Assembly: GCA_013813765.1 (NCBI GenBank)
Contig: JACCRC010000349.1
Coordinates: forward strand, 1 to 34,011
Reading direction: 5' to 3'
From: Deltaproteobacteria bacterium
GTDB taxonomy: Bacteria; Myxococcota_A; Polyangia; Haliangiales; Haliangiaceae
DNA: 34,011 nt
The position numbers were made by a program, and so were the translations under genes. Below the pieces are notes generated by a model. That model worked only from the letters and a program-made list of their open reading frames with translations. It had not been told where the DNA came from and searched no databases. Below, piece by piece: positions 1-8,749 of the stretch. Position 1 is the stretch's first letter. Every line of letters begins with the position of its first letter.

Positions 1-2896
1 GCGCGATCTTCGTGCCCGGCGCCGCGCGCATCAGCACCCAGCCGGCCCCCGCTGCGGCGCCGGCCACGTCGGTGCCATCGATCGTCGTGATCACGTCGCC
101 TACCTGGAGGCCGGTCTTCGCCGATGGTCCCGCCGGATCGATCCAGCTGATCTTGTACTCGTGCTTGTCGGGAGGCGTGTCGGGCGGTTGCTCCGCGAAG
201 TTCACGCCGAGCTCGCCGACCGGGTCGCCCTGCTTGACGCGCTTCTTGATGATCGGGATCGCCCCGACATCGGCGGTCGTGGAGTCGGCCGACACGGTTC
301 GAATCACCGACAGGGTTGCGTACTCGCTGTCGCGAAAGTCCTTTGGCACGCCGCGCAGCAGGATCTTGCCTCGCGGGGCGCGTGCGATCGTGAACGCGCC
401 GCTGTCGTCTGTCACGTTCTCCTCGTCGCCGCTCGAGAACGAGAAGCCGCCGCCGCTCTCCGCAGTGGAGGCGTGCATGTGCACGCCGGGCACCGGCTTC
501 TGCGTCACCGAGTCGACGACCTTGCCGGTGAGCTTGATCAGCTTCTCGAGCTGGATCGTCACACCGGTCTTGCGCTCGCCCTCGGCAAGATCGAGCTCGA
601 TCTGCTTCGTGATGCCGGCGCTCTCGGCGGTGATGCGGAAGTGTCCCTTCGGCAGGTCGCGGATCGCGAACCGCCCATCGGTCCGATAGAAGTCCTCGCT
701 GCGCCAGAGACCGCTCTTGGGATCCTGTAGCGAGATCGAGAGCTCGTCGGGCGGACCGCCGGGACCCGTCGCGATGCCCTCGATCGATCCGGTTGGCTTG
801 ATCTGCAGCACCGCGTTCGACCCCACTTCGATGTGCTCCGCAATCGCCTCGCCGCCGCCCTTGCGATACGCGCGCAGCGTGTAGGTGCCCGGCGAGAGCT
901 TCGTCAGCGTGAACGTGCCGTCGGTGCCGGTGAGCACGGGCTTGTCCTGCCACGACCACCGCGTGTCCAGCACGTTCGTGCGCTGCGCGCCGGCGGCGTC
1001 GGACTCGCGCGCCGCCGAGACGAACGCATCGCCGACCGGTGAGCCATCCGTGTCGACGACGGTCCCCTTGATGATGCCCGACTGCGCCTCGACCACGAGC
1101 TTCACCGTCGCGACCTGGTTCGCCCGCACGGTGACACGCTCGCCTTGCTTCGCATCGTCCGTGGTGCCGGGCTTGCGCAGGGTGTCGCTCCAGCCGCGCT
1201 GCGCGAGGACGCGGTAGTCGCCGGGCCGCATGCCTTCGATCGTGAAGCTGCCGTTGTCATCGGTCGAGCGATCTCCGCCCCAGCTGCGGCTGCCGCCGGT
1301 GAGCAGGCGCGTGTTGACCTCGATGCCGCCGACAGGTGCCCCATTCGCATCCACGACGGTGCCCGTGAGCGTGCCGCCGTCGTCGAGCACGAGGTCCTTC
1401 ACGACGGTCGCGCCGGACGCGACCTCGACCTTGTAGCCGTCCTTCGGCGCGATGCCCTTCGTCGTCGCGGCCTCGATGCGATAGGTGCCGGGCTTCAGGC
1501 CGGTGAGCTCGTAGCTGCCATCGCGACCGGTGCGATCGCCGCCCCAGCCAGTCTTCGCGCGCGCGCCGCCGCCGAGCGAGCGCGCCCACAGCTCCGCATC
1601 CTCGACGGGCTCACCGGACTTCGTCGTGACCTTGCCCTTGATCACCGCGCCGGCGTCGACCTCCCACACGATGTCCTTCGCATCGTCGGTGGAGACCACG
1701 ATGTGGTCGTACTTCTCGCGCGTCTGGTAGCCCTCGCAGGCGATCTGCGGCTTGTAGTCGCCGGGCAGCACGCCGTCGGCCCACAGGAGGCCGTCAGGCT
1801 CCTTCTTCAGCTGGATCCAGCGCTGTGCCGCCGCGTCGTGCAGGCTCGCGCGCGGGGTCTCGCACGGTCGCTTCAGCTCGCCGGCGATCATGATCCGCGC
1901 CTCGATGCGCGCTGCGGGGAACAGCTTCACGACGACGCCGTCGACGTGCTGGCCGAGCCCGACGAGCTCGCTGCCCTCGGTGCGACCGTAGCCTCGGTCG
2001 GTGCGTGCGGTGATGGTCTGCCGGCCCGGGTTGATGCGATCGAGCCGGAACTTGCCCTCCGCGTCCGAGAACGTGGTCTCCGCCTCGCTCCAGTCACCGA
2101 GCGTGACGCGCGCGCCTTCCACCGGCTGGCTCGTGCGCGCATCGACGACGGTGCCCGACAGCGTGGACTCGGGCGTGAGCAAGAGCTCGACCTTGCCGGG
2201 CGCGTACAGGTACTCGCGGTTGTCGGCGTAGCCATCGGCGGACGCGTGCACTGCCGTGTGACCGCGCGAGACCCACACCGAGAACGCACCCTTGTCGTCG
2301 GTCTCGGCCACGACGATCGGATCGCTGGTCCACACCATCGCCTTCGCGATCGGGCCGCCCGTGAGATCGGAGACGGTGCCCTTCAGCTCGACGCCGCCGG
2401 TGCGCAGCGCGAGATCGATGCCCGTCTTCGCCTCGCCCGCGCGGAGCGGGAACGACGATCGATGCTTGTTGCCATCGGGATGGAAGACCTCGGGGCGGTA
2501 GGTCTTCGCGCTCGCCAACAGGGCGTACTCCGCGGGAAGAAGGCCCGTGATGACGTACGCGCCGTTCGCGTCGCTCGTCACGCAGCTCGGGACGCGCAGT
2601 ACCTCGCTCGGATAGTCGCGGGACTCGCCGTTCGCGCACACGCGAGCGCCGGGGAGTGGTGCCTTCGTCCCATCGATCGTGATCGTGCCGGCGATCGATC
2701 CGCGCGAGAGCTTCGTGGGATCCGGCAGCGGCTTGGTCGACGACACCGGGCGTGGGCCGGTCTGCGTGACCTCCGCGGATCCGCTGCCGGTAGCAGGCGT
2801 GGTGTCACGCTCGCTCGAGCCCCGGCAGCGCCAGACGAGCAGGGCGATCACGACCGCGGCGAGCGCAGCACCGATCGACCCGATGCGCTTGTTCAT
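1..2896 (-). CDS. Paralog 2 of a secreted/membrane-anchored protein with multiple carboxypeptidase-regulatory-like (CarboxypepD_reg) repeats and a C-terminal PDZ domain. It is partial: the C-terminus runs off the window start.
   Basis: Hand translation of the reverse strand gives an ATG at 2896..2894 and the N-terminus MNKRIGSIGAALAAVVIALLVWRCRG (signal anchor). The frame is consistent at three checked points (2896, 1498 and 259 are all congruent to 1 mod 3). Near the window start the product reads ...IPIIKKRVKQGDPVGELGVNFAEQPPDTPPDKHEYKISWIDPAGPSAKTGLQVGDVITTIDGTDVAGAAAGAGWVLMRAPGTKIA, which is clearly homologous to the PDZ-containing C-terminus of the 2893..5895 protein. It is absent from the ORF track because it has no in-window stop. 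Confidence 0.7.
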   Translation of the reverse strand, partial: MNKRIGSIGAALAAVVIALLVWRCRGSSERDTTPATGSGSAEVTQTGPRPVSSTKPLPDPTKLSRGSIAGTITIDGTKAPLPGARVCANGESRDYPSEVLRVPSCVTSDANGAYVITGLLPAEYALLASAKTYRPEVFHPDGNKHRSSFPLRAGEAKTGIDLALRTGGVELKGTVSDLTGGPIAKAMVWTSDPIVVAETDDKGAFSVWVSRGHTAVHASADGYADNREYLYAPGKVELLLTPESTLSGTVVDARTSQPVEGARVTLGDWSEAETTFSDAEGKFRLDRINPGRQTITARTDRGYGRTEGSELVGLGQHVDGVVVKLFPAARIEARIMIAGELKRPCETPRASLHDAAAQRWIQLKKEPDGLLWADGVLPGDYKPQIACEGYQTREKYDHIVVSTDDAKDIVWEVDAGAVIKGKVTTKSGEPVEDAELWARSLGGGARAKTGWGGDRTGRDGSYELTGLKPGTYRIEAATTKGIAPKDGYKVEVASGATVVKDLVLDDGGTLTGTVVDANGAPVGGIEVNTRLLTGGSRSWGGDRSTDDNGSFTIEGMRPGDYRVLAQRGWSDTLRKPGTTDDAKQGERVTVRANQVATVKLVVEAQSGIIKGTVVDTDGSPVGDAFVSAARESDAAGAQRTNVLDTRWSWQDKPVLTGTDGTFTLTKLSPGTYTLRAYRKGGGEAIAEHIEVGSNAVLQIKPTGSIEGIATGPGGPPDELSISLQDPKSGLWRSEDFYRTDGRFAIRDLPKGHFRITAESAGITKQIELDLAEGERKTGVTIQLEKLIKLTGKVVDSVTQKPVPGVHMHASTAESGGGFSFSSGDEENVTDDSGAFTIARAPRGKILLRGVPKDFRDSEYATLSVIRTVSADSTTADVGAIPIIKKRVKQGDPVGELGVNFAEQPPDTPPDKHEYKISWIDPAGPSAKTGLQVGDVITTIDGTDVAGAAAGAGWVLMRAAPGTKIA

Positions 2897-5895
2897 GGCG
2901 CCGCGAGGGTGACAGAGATCGTGTTGCCGCGCTTGAGGCCGATGGTCAGCTTCGTGCCGACCGGTGCGTTCATCAGCGTCCACGCGTGCATCACGTTGCC
3001 GCCAGTGACGTCGACGCCGTCGACCGACGTGATCACGTCGCCAACCTTGATGTCGAGTCCCGCGCACGGGCCACCGGGCTTCACGAAGCTGACCTCCATC
3101 ATGCTGAGCTCCGGCGGCTGCTCGGGCGGCTGCTCCTTGAAGTGGAGGCCGAGCTCTCCGGCGGTCTGACCTTCCTTGATCCGCTTCTTGATGATCGGGA
3201 GGTCGCCGATGTCGCCGCTCTTGGTCACGGTCTTGAGCGAGCGGAACCAGGTGTACTCGCTCTCCTTGTACTCCTTCGCCATGCCCTGGATCGCGAGCTG
3301 GCCCTTTGGCGCGCGCTTCACGGTGAACCTGCCGGCGGCGTCGGAGATGTTGCTCCTGTCCTCGTCGCCCCAGCTGAACGAGAAGCCGTCGCCGCCGATC
3401 GCCGGCTTCGCGAACACCATGATCCCAGCGACCGGCGCCTTGGTCTGCAGATCAACGACACGCCCGGTGATCTCGAGCAGCTCCTCGAGCGTGACGTCGA
3501 CACCGGTCTTCGCCTGGCCCTCGGTGAGATCGGTCTCCACCTTCTTCTGCCCGCCCTCGGCGCTCACGGTGATGGTGAAGTGGCCGGCGGGCAGGTCGTG
3601 CAGCGTGTACTTGCCGTTGGTCTTGTAAAACGACTCCGTGCGCTCGAAGCCGGTCTTGAGATCTTCGATCTCGACCTTGAGCTCGTCGGGCATCGGGCCG
3701 CTCTCGCGCTTCGCGGTGCCCGCGATCGATCCGGTGTGCTTCATCTGCAGCTTCGCAGATGTCGTGCCGACCGCGACGTGCTCTGCGATCGCCTCGCCGC
3801 CACCCTTGCGATACGCACGCAGCGTGTACTTGCCCGGGGACAGCTTCGTCACGACGAACGATCCATCCGTGCCGGTCAGCACCGGCTTCTCGCTGTCGCC
3901 CCAGCCCCAGCCGCGCGTGCCGTGCGCGCTCGAGTTGCGCGCGCCCGCCGCGTCGGACTCTCGCGCGCTCGAGATGAACGCATCGGGGACCGGCTGACCG
4001 TTCGCATCGACGACGGTCCCTTTGATCGTCCCGGTCTGCGACTCGACGACGAGCTTCACCTCCACCGTCTTGCCGACGGCCACGGTGACCTTCTCGCCCT
4101 GCTCGGAATCGTCGTTTGTTCCCGGCTTCCGCAGCTCGTCGGCCCAGCTCCGGCGCGCGGTGACGCGGTACTCGCCGGCGCGCGTGCTCTCGATGACGAA
4201 CGTGCCGTCCTCGGCCGACTTGATCTGCTCGCGTCTCCACCAGAATTGATCGGACAGCGGGCGCGCGTCGATCGTCACGTCGTCCACCGGCTTGCCCTTC
4301 TCGTCGACGACGATGCCCTTGATCGAGCCGCCGTCCTCGAGCACGAGATCCTTCTGCACGGTACCGCCCGCGGGCACATCGACCTTGAAGCCTCCGCGCG
4401 GCGCGACCGCCTTGTGCGTGTCGACCTCGAGCTTGTAGGCCGAGGGCTTCAGCGCGACGAGCTCGTAGCTGCCGTCGGCTTGCGACGTGTCGCCGGCCCA
4501 GTCCATCTTCGCCCGCACGTCGCCGCCGGTGGTCTGCGCCTGGACGCGCGCGTCCTCGATCGGCGCGCCCGACTTCGTGATGACCTTGCCGCGCACGACG
4601 CCGCCAGCCTCGACCTCCCACGTCAGATCGACAAGGTCCTTCCCCGCGACGACGATCGGCTCGTACTTGTCCTTCGCACGATAGCCTTCGCACCACACCT
4701 GCGGCGAGTACGTTCCAGGCAGCACGCCATCCGCATGCACGGTGCCGTCGGGCTCGGTGGTCGCGCTGACCCAGCGATCGTTGACCTCATCGCGCAGCGA
4801 GAGGTGGCCCTCGACGCACAGCTTCGGCGGCTTGCCCTCGATCATCACCTTGCCGACGACGCGCGCCGCAGGGAACAGCTTCACGACAACGCCATCGACC
4901 TGCTGGCCGAGCCCGACGAGCACGGAGCCCTCGGTGCGGCCGTAGCCGTGATCGGTGCGCGCGATGGCGACGTAGCGGCCCGGCGGGATCCGGCGCACGC
5001 GGAACTTTCCCTGCGCGTCGGTCTTGTCGGACTCGCGACCCTCCCAGCTCCACTGCGTCGCCTGGACCGTGACTTCGGCCCCCTCGATCGGCGCGCCGGT
5101 GCTCGCATCGACGACGGTGCCCGACAGTCCGGACTCCGGTGTCAGCAGCACGTCGATCGTGCCGGGCGCGCGGCCCATCACCGAGCTGCCCGCATAGCCA
5201 TCCGCGCTCGCGATGACGCGCACGCTGCCGGGCGCGACCCACACGCTGTACGCGCCCTTGTCATCGGTCTCGACCATCGGCGACGTCGCGCCTTCGCCCC
5301 ACATCCCGGCGGCCACGCGGATCTGCGCGTGCGCGATCGGTCCGCCGGAGATATCCGAGACGGTGCCCTTCAGCTCGGCGCCGCCGGCGCGCAACACGAA
5401 GTCGATGCCGGTCTTTGCCTCCCCGGCAGCGAGCTCGAACGACGACTTCTTGCGATCGCCCTTCGGGTGGAACGTCGCCGGGCGATAGCTCTTCGCTCCC
5501 GCGGTCGCGACGTACTTCGCGGCGTAGAGCTCTTCGAACTTGTAGGCGCCCTGCGCGTCGGTCTCCTTGCAGATGGGATCGCGCACCAGCTCGTCGGGCA
5601 GCTCGTTCGAGAACGGGTCCACGCACACACGCGCGCCCGCGACTGGTGCCTTCGCCTCGTCGCGCACGGTGCCCGCGATCGAGCCGCGCGCCTGCTTCTG
5701 CGGATCGGGACGCTTGACGATCTCCTTGCCGATCGTCGGTGACAGATCGCTAGTCGCGACCTTCGTAGCGGGCTCGTCGTCACCGCTACTCGCCGCGTGC
5801 GAGCCCTTGTTGCTGGCCGTGCAGCGCCACACGAGCACGCCCGCGAGGAGCACTGCCACCGCCACTCCGAATCCGATCCTGCGCCTGGTGCTCAT
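2893..5895 (-). CDS. Paralog 1: a 1000-aa signal-anchored protein with about 8-9 CarboxypepD_reg-like (prealbumin-fold) repeats and a C-terminal PDZ domain
   Basis: ORF-track protein MSTRRRIGFGVAVAVLLAGVLVWRC... It contains repeated GTVVDxxGxPVxxAxV modules (GTVVDASTGAPIEGAEVTVQ, GKVITKSGAPIEDARVQAQ, GTVVDANGQPVPDAFIS, GRVVDLQTKAPVAGIMVFAK). The C-terminal PDZ-like segment is GLDIKVGDVITSVDGVDVTG. Its stop TGA (2893-2895) overlaps the ATG (2896-2894) of the downstream paralog as ATGA. Confidence 0.8.
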   Translation of the reverse strand: MSTRRRIGFGVAVAVLLAGVLVWRCTASNKGSHAASSGDDEPATKVATSDLSPTIGKEIVKRPDPQKQARGSIAGTVRDEAKAPVAGARVCVDPFSNELPDELVRDPICKETDAQGAYKFEELYAAKYVATAGAKSYRPATFHPKGDRKKSSFELAAGEAKTGIDFVLRAGGAELKGTVSDISGGPIAHAQIRVAAGMWGEGATSPMVETDDKGAYSVWVAPGSVRVIASADGYAGSSVMGRAPGTIDVLLTPESGLSGTVVDASTGAPIEGAEVTVQATQWSWEGRESDKTDAQGKFRVRRIPPGRYVAIARTDHGYGRTEGSVLVGLGQQVDGVVVKLFPAARVVGKVMIEGKPPKLCVEGHLSLRDEVNDRWVSATTEPDGTVHADGVLPGTYSPQVWCEGYRAKDKYEPIVVAGKDLVDLTWEVEAGGVVRGKVITKSGAPIEDARVQAQTTGGDVRAKMDWAGDTSQADGSYELVALKPSAYKLEVDTHKAVAPRGGFKVDVPAGGTVQKDLVLEDGGSIKGIVVDEKGKPVDDVTIDARPLSDQFWWRREQIKSAEDGTFVIESTRAGEYRVTARRSWADELRKPGTNDDSEQGEKVTVAVGKTVEVKLVVESQTGTIKGTVVDANGQPVPDAFISSARESDAAGARNSSAHGTRGWGWGDSEKPVLTGTDGSFVVTKLSPGKYTLRAYRKGGGEAIAEHVAVGTTSAKLQMKHTGSIAGTAKRESGPMPDELKVEIEDLKTGFERTESFYKTNGKYTLHDLPAGHFTITVSAEGGQKKVETDLTEGQAKTGVDVTLEELLEITGRVVDLQTKAPVAGIMVFAKPAIGGDGFSFSWGDEDRSNISDAAGRFTVKRAPKGQLAIQGMAKEYKESEYTWFRSLKTVTKSGDIGDLPIIKKRIKEGQTAGELGLHFKEQPPEQPPELSMMEVSFVKPGGPCAGLDIKVGDVITSVDGVDVTGGNVMHAWTLMNAPVGTKLTIGLKRGNTISVTLAAP

Positions 5896-5950
5896 CGTGG
5901 TGATGCTACGACAGACCTACCAAAGGCGTGGTTGCATTCCGGTGTCGCTT

Positions 5951-5971
5951 GCCAGTCGCTGGCAGTCGCTG
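5951..5971 (-). promoter_or_regulatory. Short hairpin GCCAG-tcg-CTGGC embedded in a 9-nt direct repeat (cagtcgctg x2) between the panC stop and the PDZ-paralog start. It could be a weak terminator or an operator.
   Basis: Read directly: gccagtcgctggcagtcgctg at 5951-5971. There is no U-tract, so it is not a canonical intrinsic terminator. Confidence 0.2.
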
Positions 5972-6829
5972 TCAGGAAGCGAGGACGCGGTTGTCGATCA
6001 ACCGCGTGTTGCCCACGAACGCAGCGATCGCGAGCACGGCGCGGTTCTCGATGCGCTCGATCGTGCTGAGCTCGTCCGCGTCGCGGAGCTCGACATAGTC
6101 GATCCGTGCAAGTGACTCGGCTTCGATCGGCGCGCGCGCGATCGCGACGAGCATCCGGGCGTCGCGCTCGCCGGCCTTGAACGCTGCATCGGCGGCGCCG
6201 AGACCACGCGAGAGCGAGAGCGCAGCGGCACGCTGCTCGGGAGACAGATATGCGTTGCGCGATGACAGCGCGAGACCGTCCGCTTCGCGGACAATCGGTA
6301 CGCCCTGGATCTCGATCCCGAAATCGAGATCGCGCACCATGCGCCGGATGATCGCGAGCTGCTGGTAGTCCTTCTCGCCGAACACCGCGACGTGCGGACG
6401 CGTGATGTGGAACAGCTTCGACACGACGGTCGCGACGCCGGCGAAGTGACCGGGCCGGCTCGTGCCGCACAGCGGCTGCTGCAGCTCGCGCACCTCGATG
6501 AACGTCTGGCTGCCGGCGGGATACATCGCCTCGGCGGAGGGACAGAACGCGAGATCGATCCCGGCCGGCCGCGCCTTCGCGAGGTCACCGGCCTCGTCGC
6601 GCGGATACCGCGAGAGATCCTCTCTGGGCCCGAACTGCTTCGGGTTGACGAAGATCGTGAGGATCACGACGTCGGCGCGGGCGCGCGCGTGGCGGACGAG
6701 CGCGAGGTGACCTTCGTGCAGCGCGCCCATCGTGGGCACCACGGCGATCTTGCGGCCATCGCGGCGGAGATCCTCGGCGCGCGCGCGCATCGCGGCCGGC
6801 TCGCGGAACACTTCGAACGGGATGTTCAC
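5972..6829 (-). CDS. panC: Pantoate--beta-alanine ligase (pantothenate synthetase)
   Basis: The 285-aa product carries hallmark PanC motifs (VPTMGALHEGHLALV, ILTIFVNPKQFGPREDL, GTSRPGHFAGVATVVSKLF, FGEKDYQQLAIIRRMV, LALSSRN) and is collinear with E. coli PanC. Confidence 0.9.
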   Translation of the reverse strand: MNIPFEVFREPAAMRARAEDLRRDGRKIAVVPTMGALHEGHLALVRHARARADVVILTIFVNPKQFGPREDLSRYPRDEAGDLAKARPAGIDLAFCPSAEAMYPAGSQTFIEVRELQQPLCGTSRPGHFAGVATVVSKLFHITRPHVAVFGEKDYQQLAIIRRMVRDLDFGIEIQGVPIVREADGLALSSRNAYLSPEQRAAALSLSRGLGAADAAFKAGERDARMLVAIARAPIEAESLARIDYVELRDADELSTIERIENRAVLAIAAFVGNTRLIDNRVLAS

Positions 6830-6838
6830 CCGCGCATG

Positions 6839-7756
6839 CTAGCAGCGCGCGGCTTCGGTGCAGTCCTGGTACGTGCCGAACAATGCGAGCATCGCGTCGG
6901 GCGACAGCGTCGCGTTGCAGTCGAACTGATCGATCCGCGCGAGGCAGCGCTGAGCGGCCGCGCAGGTCGGCGGCTGCGGCGTACCGAGGAGACGCATGCC
7001 CTGCGTCGCGATCTGACACGCCTGCGCGACCTGCGAGTTACCGCAGGCGGTCATGCGCGTGCAGGCGTGCTCGAGCATGCTCATCGCGAGCCCAGCGGCG
7101 GTGCTCCCGAACGGACCCTGCTGGATCGACGGCACGCCCGGGTTCGGGCGGAGTGGATCGAGCGTCGGATCGTCGGGATCGATCTGCGCGAGGTCGTCCG
7201 GCTTCGCCCACGGATCGACGCCGTTGGGCGCGGACGGCGGCGTGATCATCGAGCCCTTCGGCGGCATCGGATTCGTGTCCATGCGCTCCGGCGCGGGCGG
7301 CGGCGGCACGCGCGTGTCGGCCTTCGCGGTCGACGACGGTGGCCACACCATCAGCACGACAGCCACGGCGATCGCGATGCCGGCGAGGATGATCACGAGC
7401 ACAGGCCAGTTCTTCAGCAGCGAGTTGCCGGACTTCTGCGCCGGCATGCGCGCGCTCTCGCGCGGCGGCAGGATCTGATCGGTGACGTCGGCGGCGGCAG
7501 CGACTGCCTTCGCGGGACCGGGCTTCTTCGGGACCGGCGTCGCGTCGGCCTTCACCGGCGGGCGCGCCGTTCCGGATCCTGCCAGCGCAGGGAGGGCAGC
7601 AGCCGCAGCGGGACGCGCACCGCGAGCCTCGGCGAGGTCCGCTTTGCAGTGCTTGCACCGGCCTGCGATCGGATGGACGAGCCCACCGCACTGCGGGCAG
7701 GGGATACGTCCGTCGGAAGGACTGGGGTTTTTCGCCACCGCTGCCATGTTGTTCAT
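6839..7756 (-). CDS. Hypothetical membrane protein with an N-terminal zinc ribbon (CPQCG...CKHCK), one TM helix, a Pro-rich segment and a C-terminal Cys-rich domain
   Basis: ORF 6839..7783. The likelier start is the internal Met (MNNMAAVAKNP) at 7756, because the longer form would overlap the divergent phosphoesterase ORF. TM helix: WPVLVIILAGIAIAVAVVLMVW. The C-terminal domain has 8 Cys. Confidence 0.55.
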   Translation of the reverse strand: MNNMAAVAKNPSPSDGRIPCPQCGGLVHPIAGRCKHCKADLAEARGARPAAAAALPALAGSGTARPPVKADATPVPKKPGPAKAVAAAADVTDQILPPRESARMPAQKSGNSLLKNWPVLVIILAGIAIAVAVVLMVWPPSSTAKADTRVPPPPAPERMDTNPMPPKGSMITPPSAPNGVDPWAKPDDLAQIDPDDPTLDPLRPNPGVPSIQQGPFGSTAAGLAMSMLEHACTRMTACGNSQVAQACQIATQGMRLLGTPQPPTCAAAQRCLARIDQFDCNATLSPDAMLALFGTYQDCTEAARC

Positions 7757-7854
7757 GCTGTCAGGAGATCGGGGTGGATGCAAAGGCGGTTACGCGGGTG
7801 CGCGTAGGAGAAGTGGCATTGCCAAGGGGGGATCCGGGCCGCAAAGTGGGTCGC

Positions 7855-8646
7855 ATGCCCGGTCCGGTCCCGCCGCGTGTCACCGAGCACGAGGTCCATG
7901 TGGTCGGGCTCGATCCCCGCCACGACGGCGTGCGCATCGCGCAGCTCTCCGACATCCACGTCGGTAACCTCACCCCGCCATCGCACATCCGCGCGGCCAT
8001 CACCGCTGCAAACAATGCGAAGCCGGATCTTATTCTTCTGACGGGCGACTACGTCTGCTGGAAGCGTAGCGAGGTCGCCCAGGCGGCCGAGCAGCTGGCC
8101 GGCCTCCAGGCGCCTCGCGTGCTCGCGGTGCTCGGAAACCACGATTACTTCGTATGGGGTGCCGGCGTGCGGTCGGCGCTCGAGCGCAACGGCTACGAGG
8201 TGCTGCGCAACCAGACCACCGTCGCGAGTGTTCGCGGCGCACCGCTGACGATGGTCGGCATCGACGATCCCGTCACGCGCCATGACGATCTCGATGCCGC
8301 GTTCGCCGGCGCGCCGGAAGGCCCACGCATCGTGCTGTGTCACGCGCCAGATCGCGCTCCGCAGATCGCCGCGCGCGGCGCGGACCTCATCATGTCGGGT
8401 CACACGCATGGCGGGCAGATGTTCGTGAAGGGCATCACCGACCGGATCATGAAGCGGGTCGGGCTCAAGTTCCGGCGCGGCTTCTACGAGGTCGGCGAGG
8501 GTGCGGCGAAGTCGCAGCTCTACGTCACTCCCGGCGTCGGATTCTCAGGCGTTACCCGCAGGTTCGGCGAGGGCACACACGCCGAGTGCGCGGTGATCAC
8601 GCTGCGTCGTGCAGAGCGGGAACAAACGATCCGCGCGGCCGGGTAG
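7855..8646 (+). CDS. Calcineurin-like metallophosphoesterase
   Basis: Motifs DIHVG, GDYV, GNHDY and GHTHGGQ are present. ORF-track start is 7774, but the in-frame Met at 7855 is preferred (MPGPVPPRV...). Stop TAG at 8644-8646. Confidence 0.8.
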   Translation: MPGPVPPRVTEHEVHVVGLDPRHDGVRIAQLSDIHVGNLTPPSHIRAAITAANNAKPDLILLTGDYVCWKRSEVAQAAEQLAGLQAPRVLAVLGNHDYFVWGAGVRSALERNGYEVLRNQTTVASVRGAPLTMVGIDDPVTRHDDLDAAFAGAPEGPRIVLCHAPDRAPQIAARGADLIMSGHTHGGQMFVKGITDRIMKRVGLKFRRGFYEVGEGAAKSQLYVTPGVGFSGVTRRFGEGTHAECAVITLRRAEREQTIRAAG

Positions 8647-8749
8647 TATCGACACCATGGGCAAGCTGTTCACCGAGCGAATCTGACCTAGGGTCGCCAG
8701 CAGCCTTCGCTGGCTGCTGCCCGTTCATACCGTCCTGCTCGCGCTCGCG

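Larger units (their letters stand above)
1..5895 (-). repeat. Tandem duplication of a ~3 kb gene (two diverged paralogs head-to-tail, joined by an ATGA stop/start overlap)
   Basis: Collinear protein-level similarity along the entire length between the hand-translated 1..2896 product and the 2893..5895 product: signal anchor, SIAGTV...APVAGARVC N-terminal module, TDHGYGRTEGS.LVGLGQQVDGVVVKLFPAARV, YTLRAYRKGGGEAIAEH, and the PDZ C-terminus. Confidence 0.7.

Noticed and set aside
1145-5742. + strand ORFs 1145..3169 (674 aa) and 2986..5742 (918 aa)
   Set aside because: They are antisense to the two CarboxypepD_reg/PDZ paralogs, whose minus-strand translations show a signal anchor, repeats and PDZ.
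8684-8686. Reading the in-frame TGA in the MFS leader as selenocysteine
   Set aside because: I cannot identify a SECIS-like hairpin immediately downstream, and a Sec residue in a cytoplasmic transporter tail has no functional rationale. Nonsense mutation, sequencing error or a downstream start are likelier.
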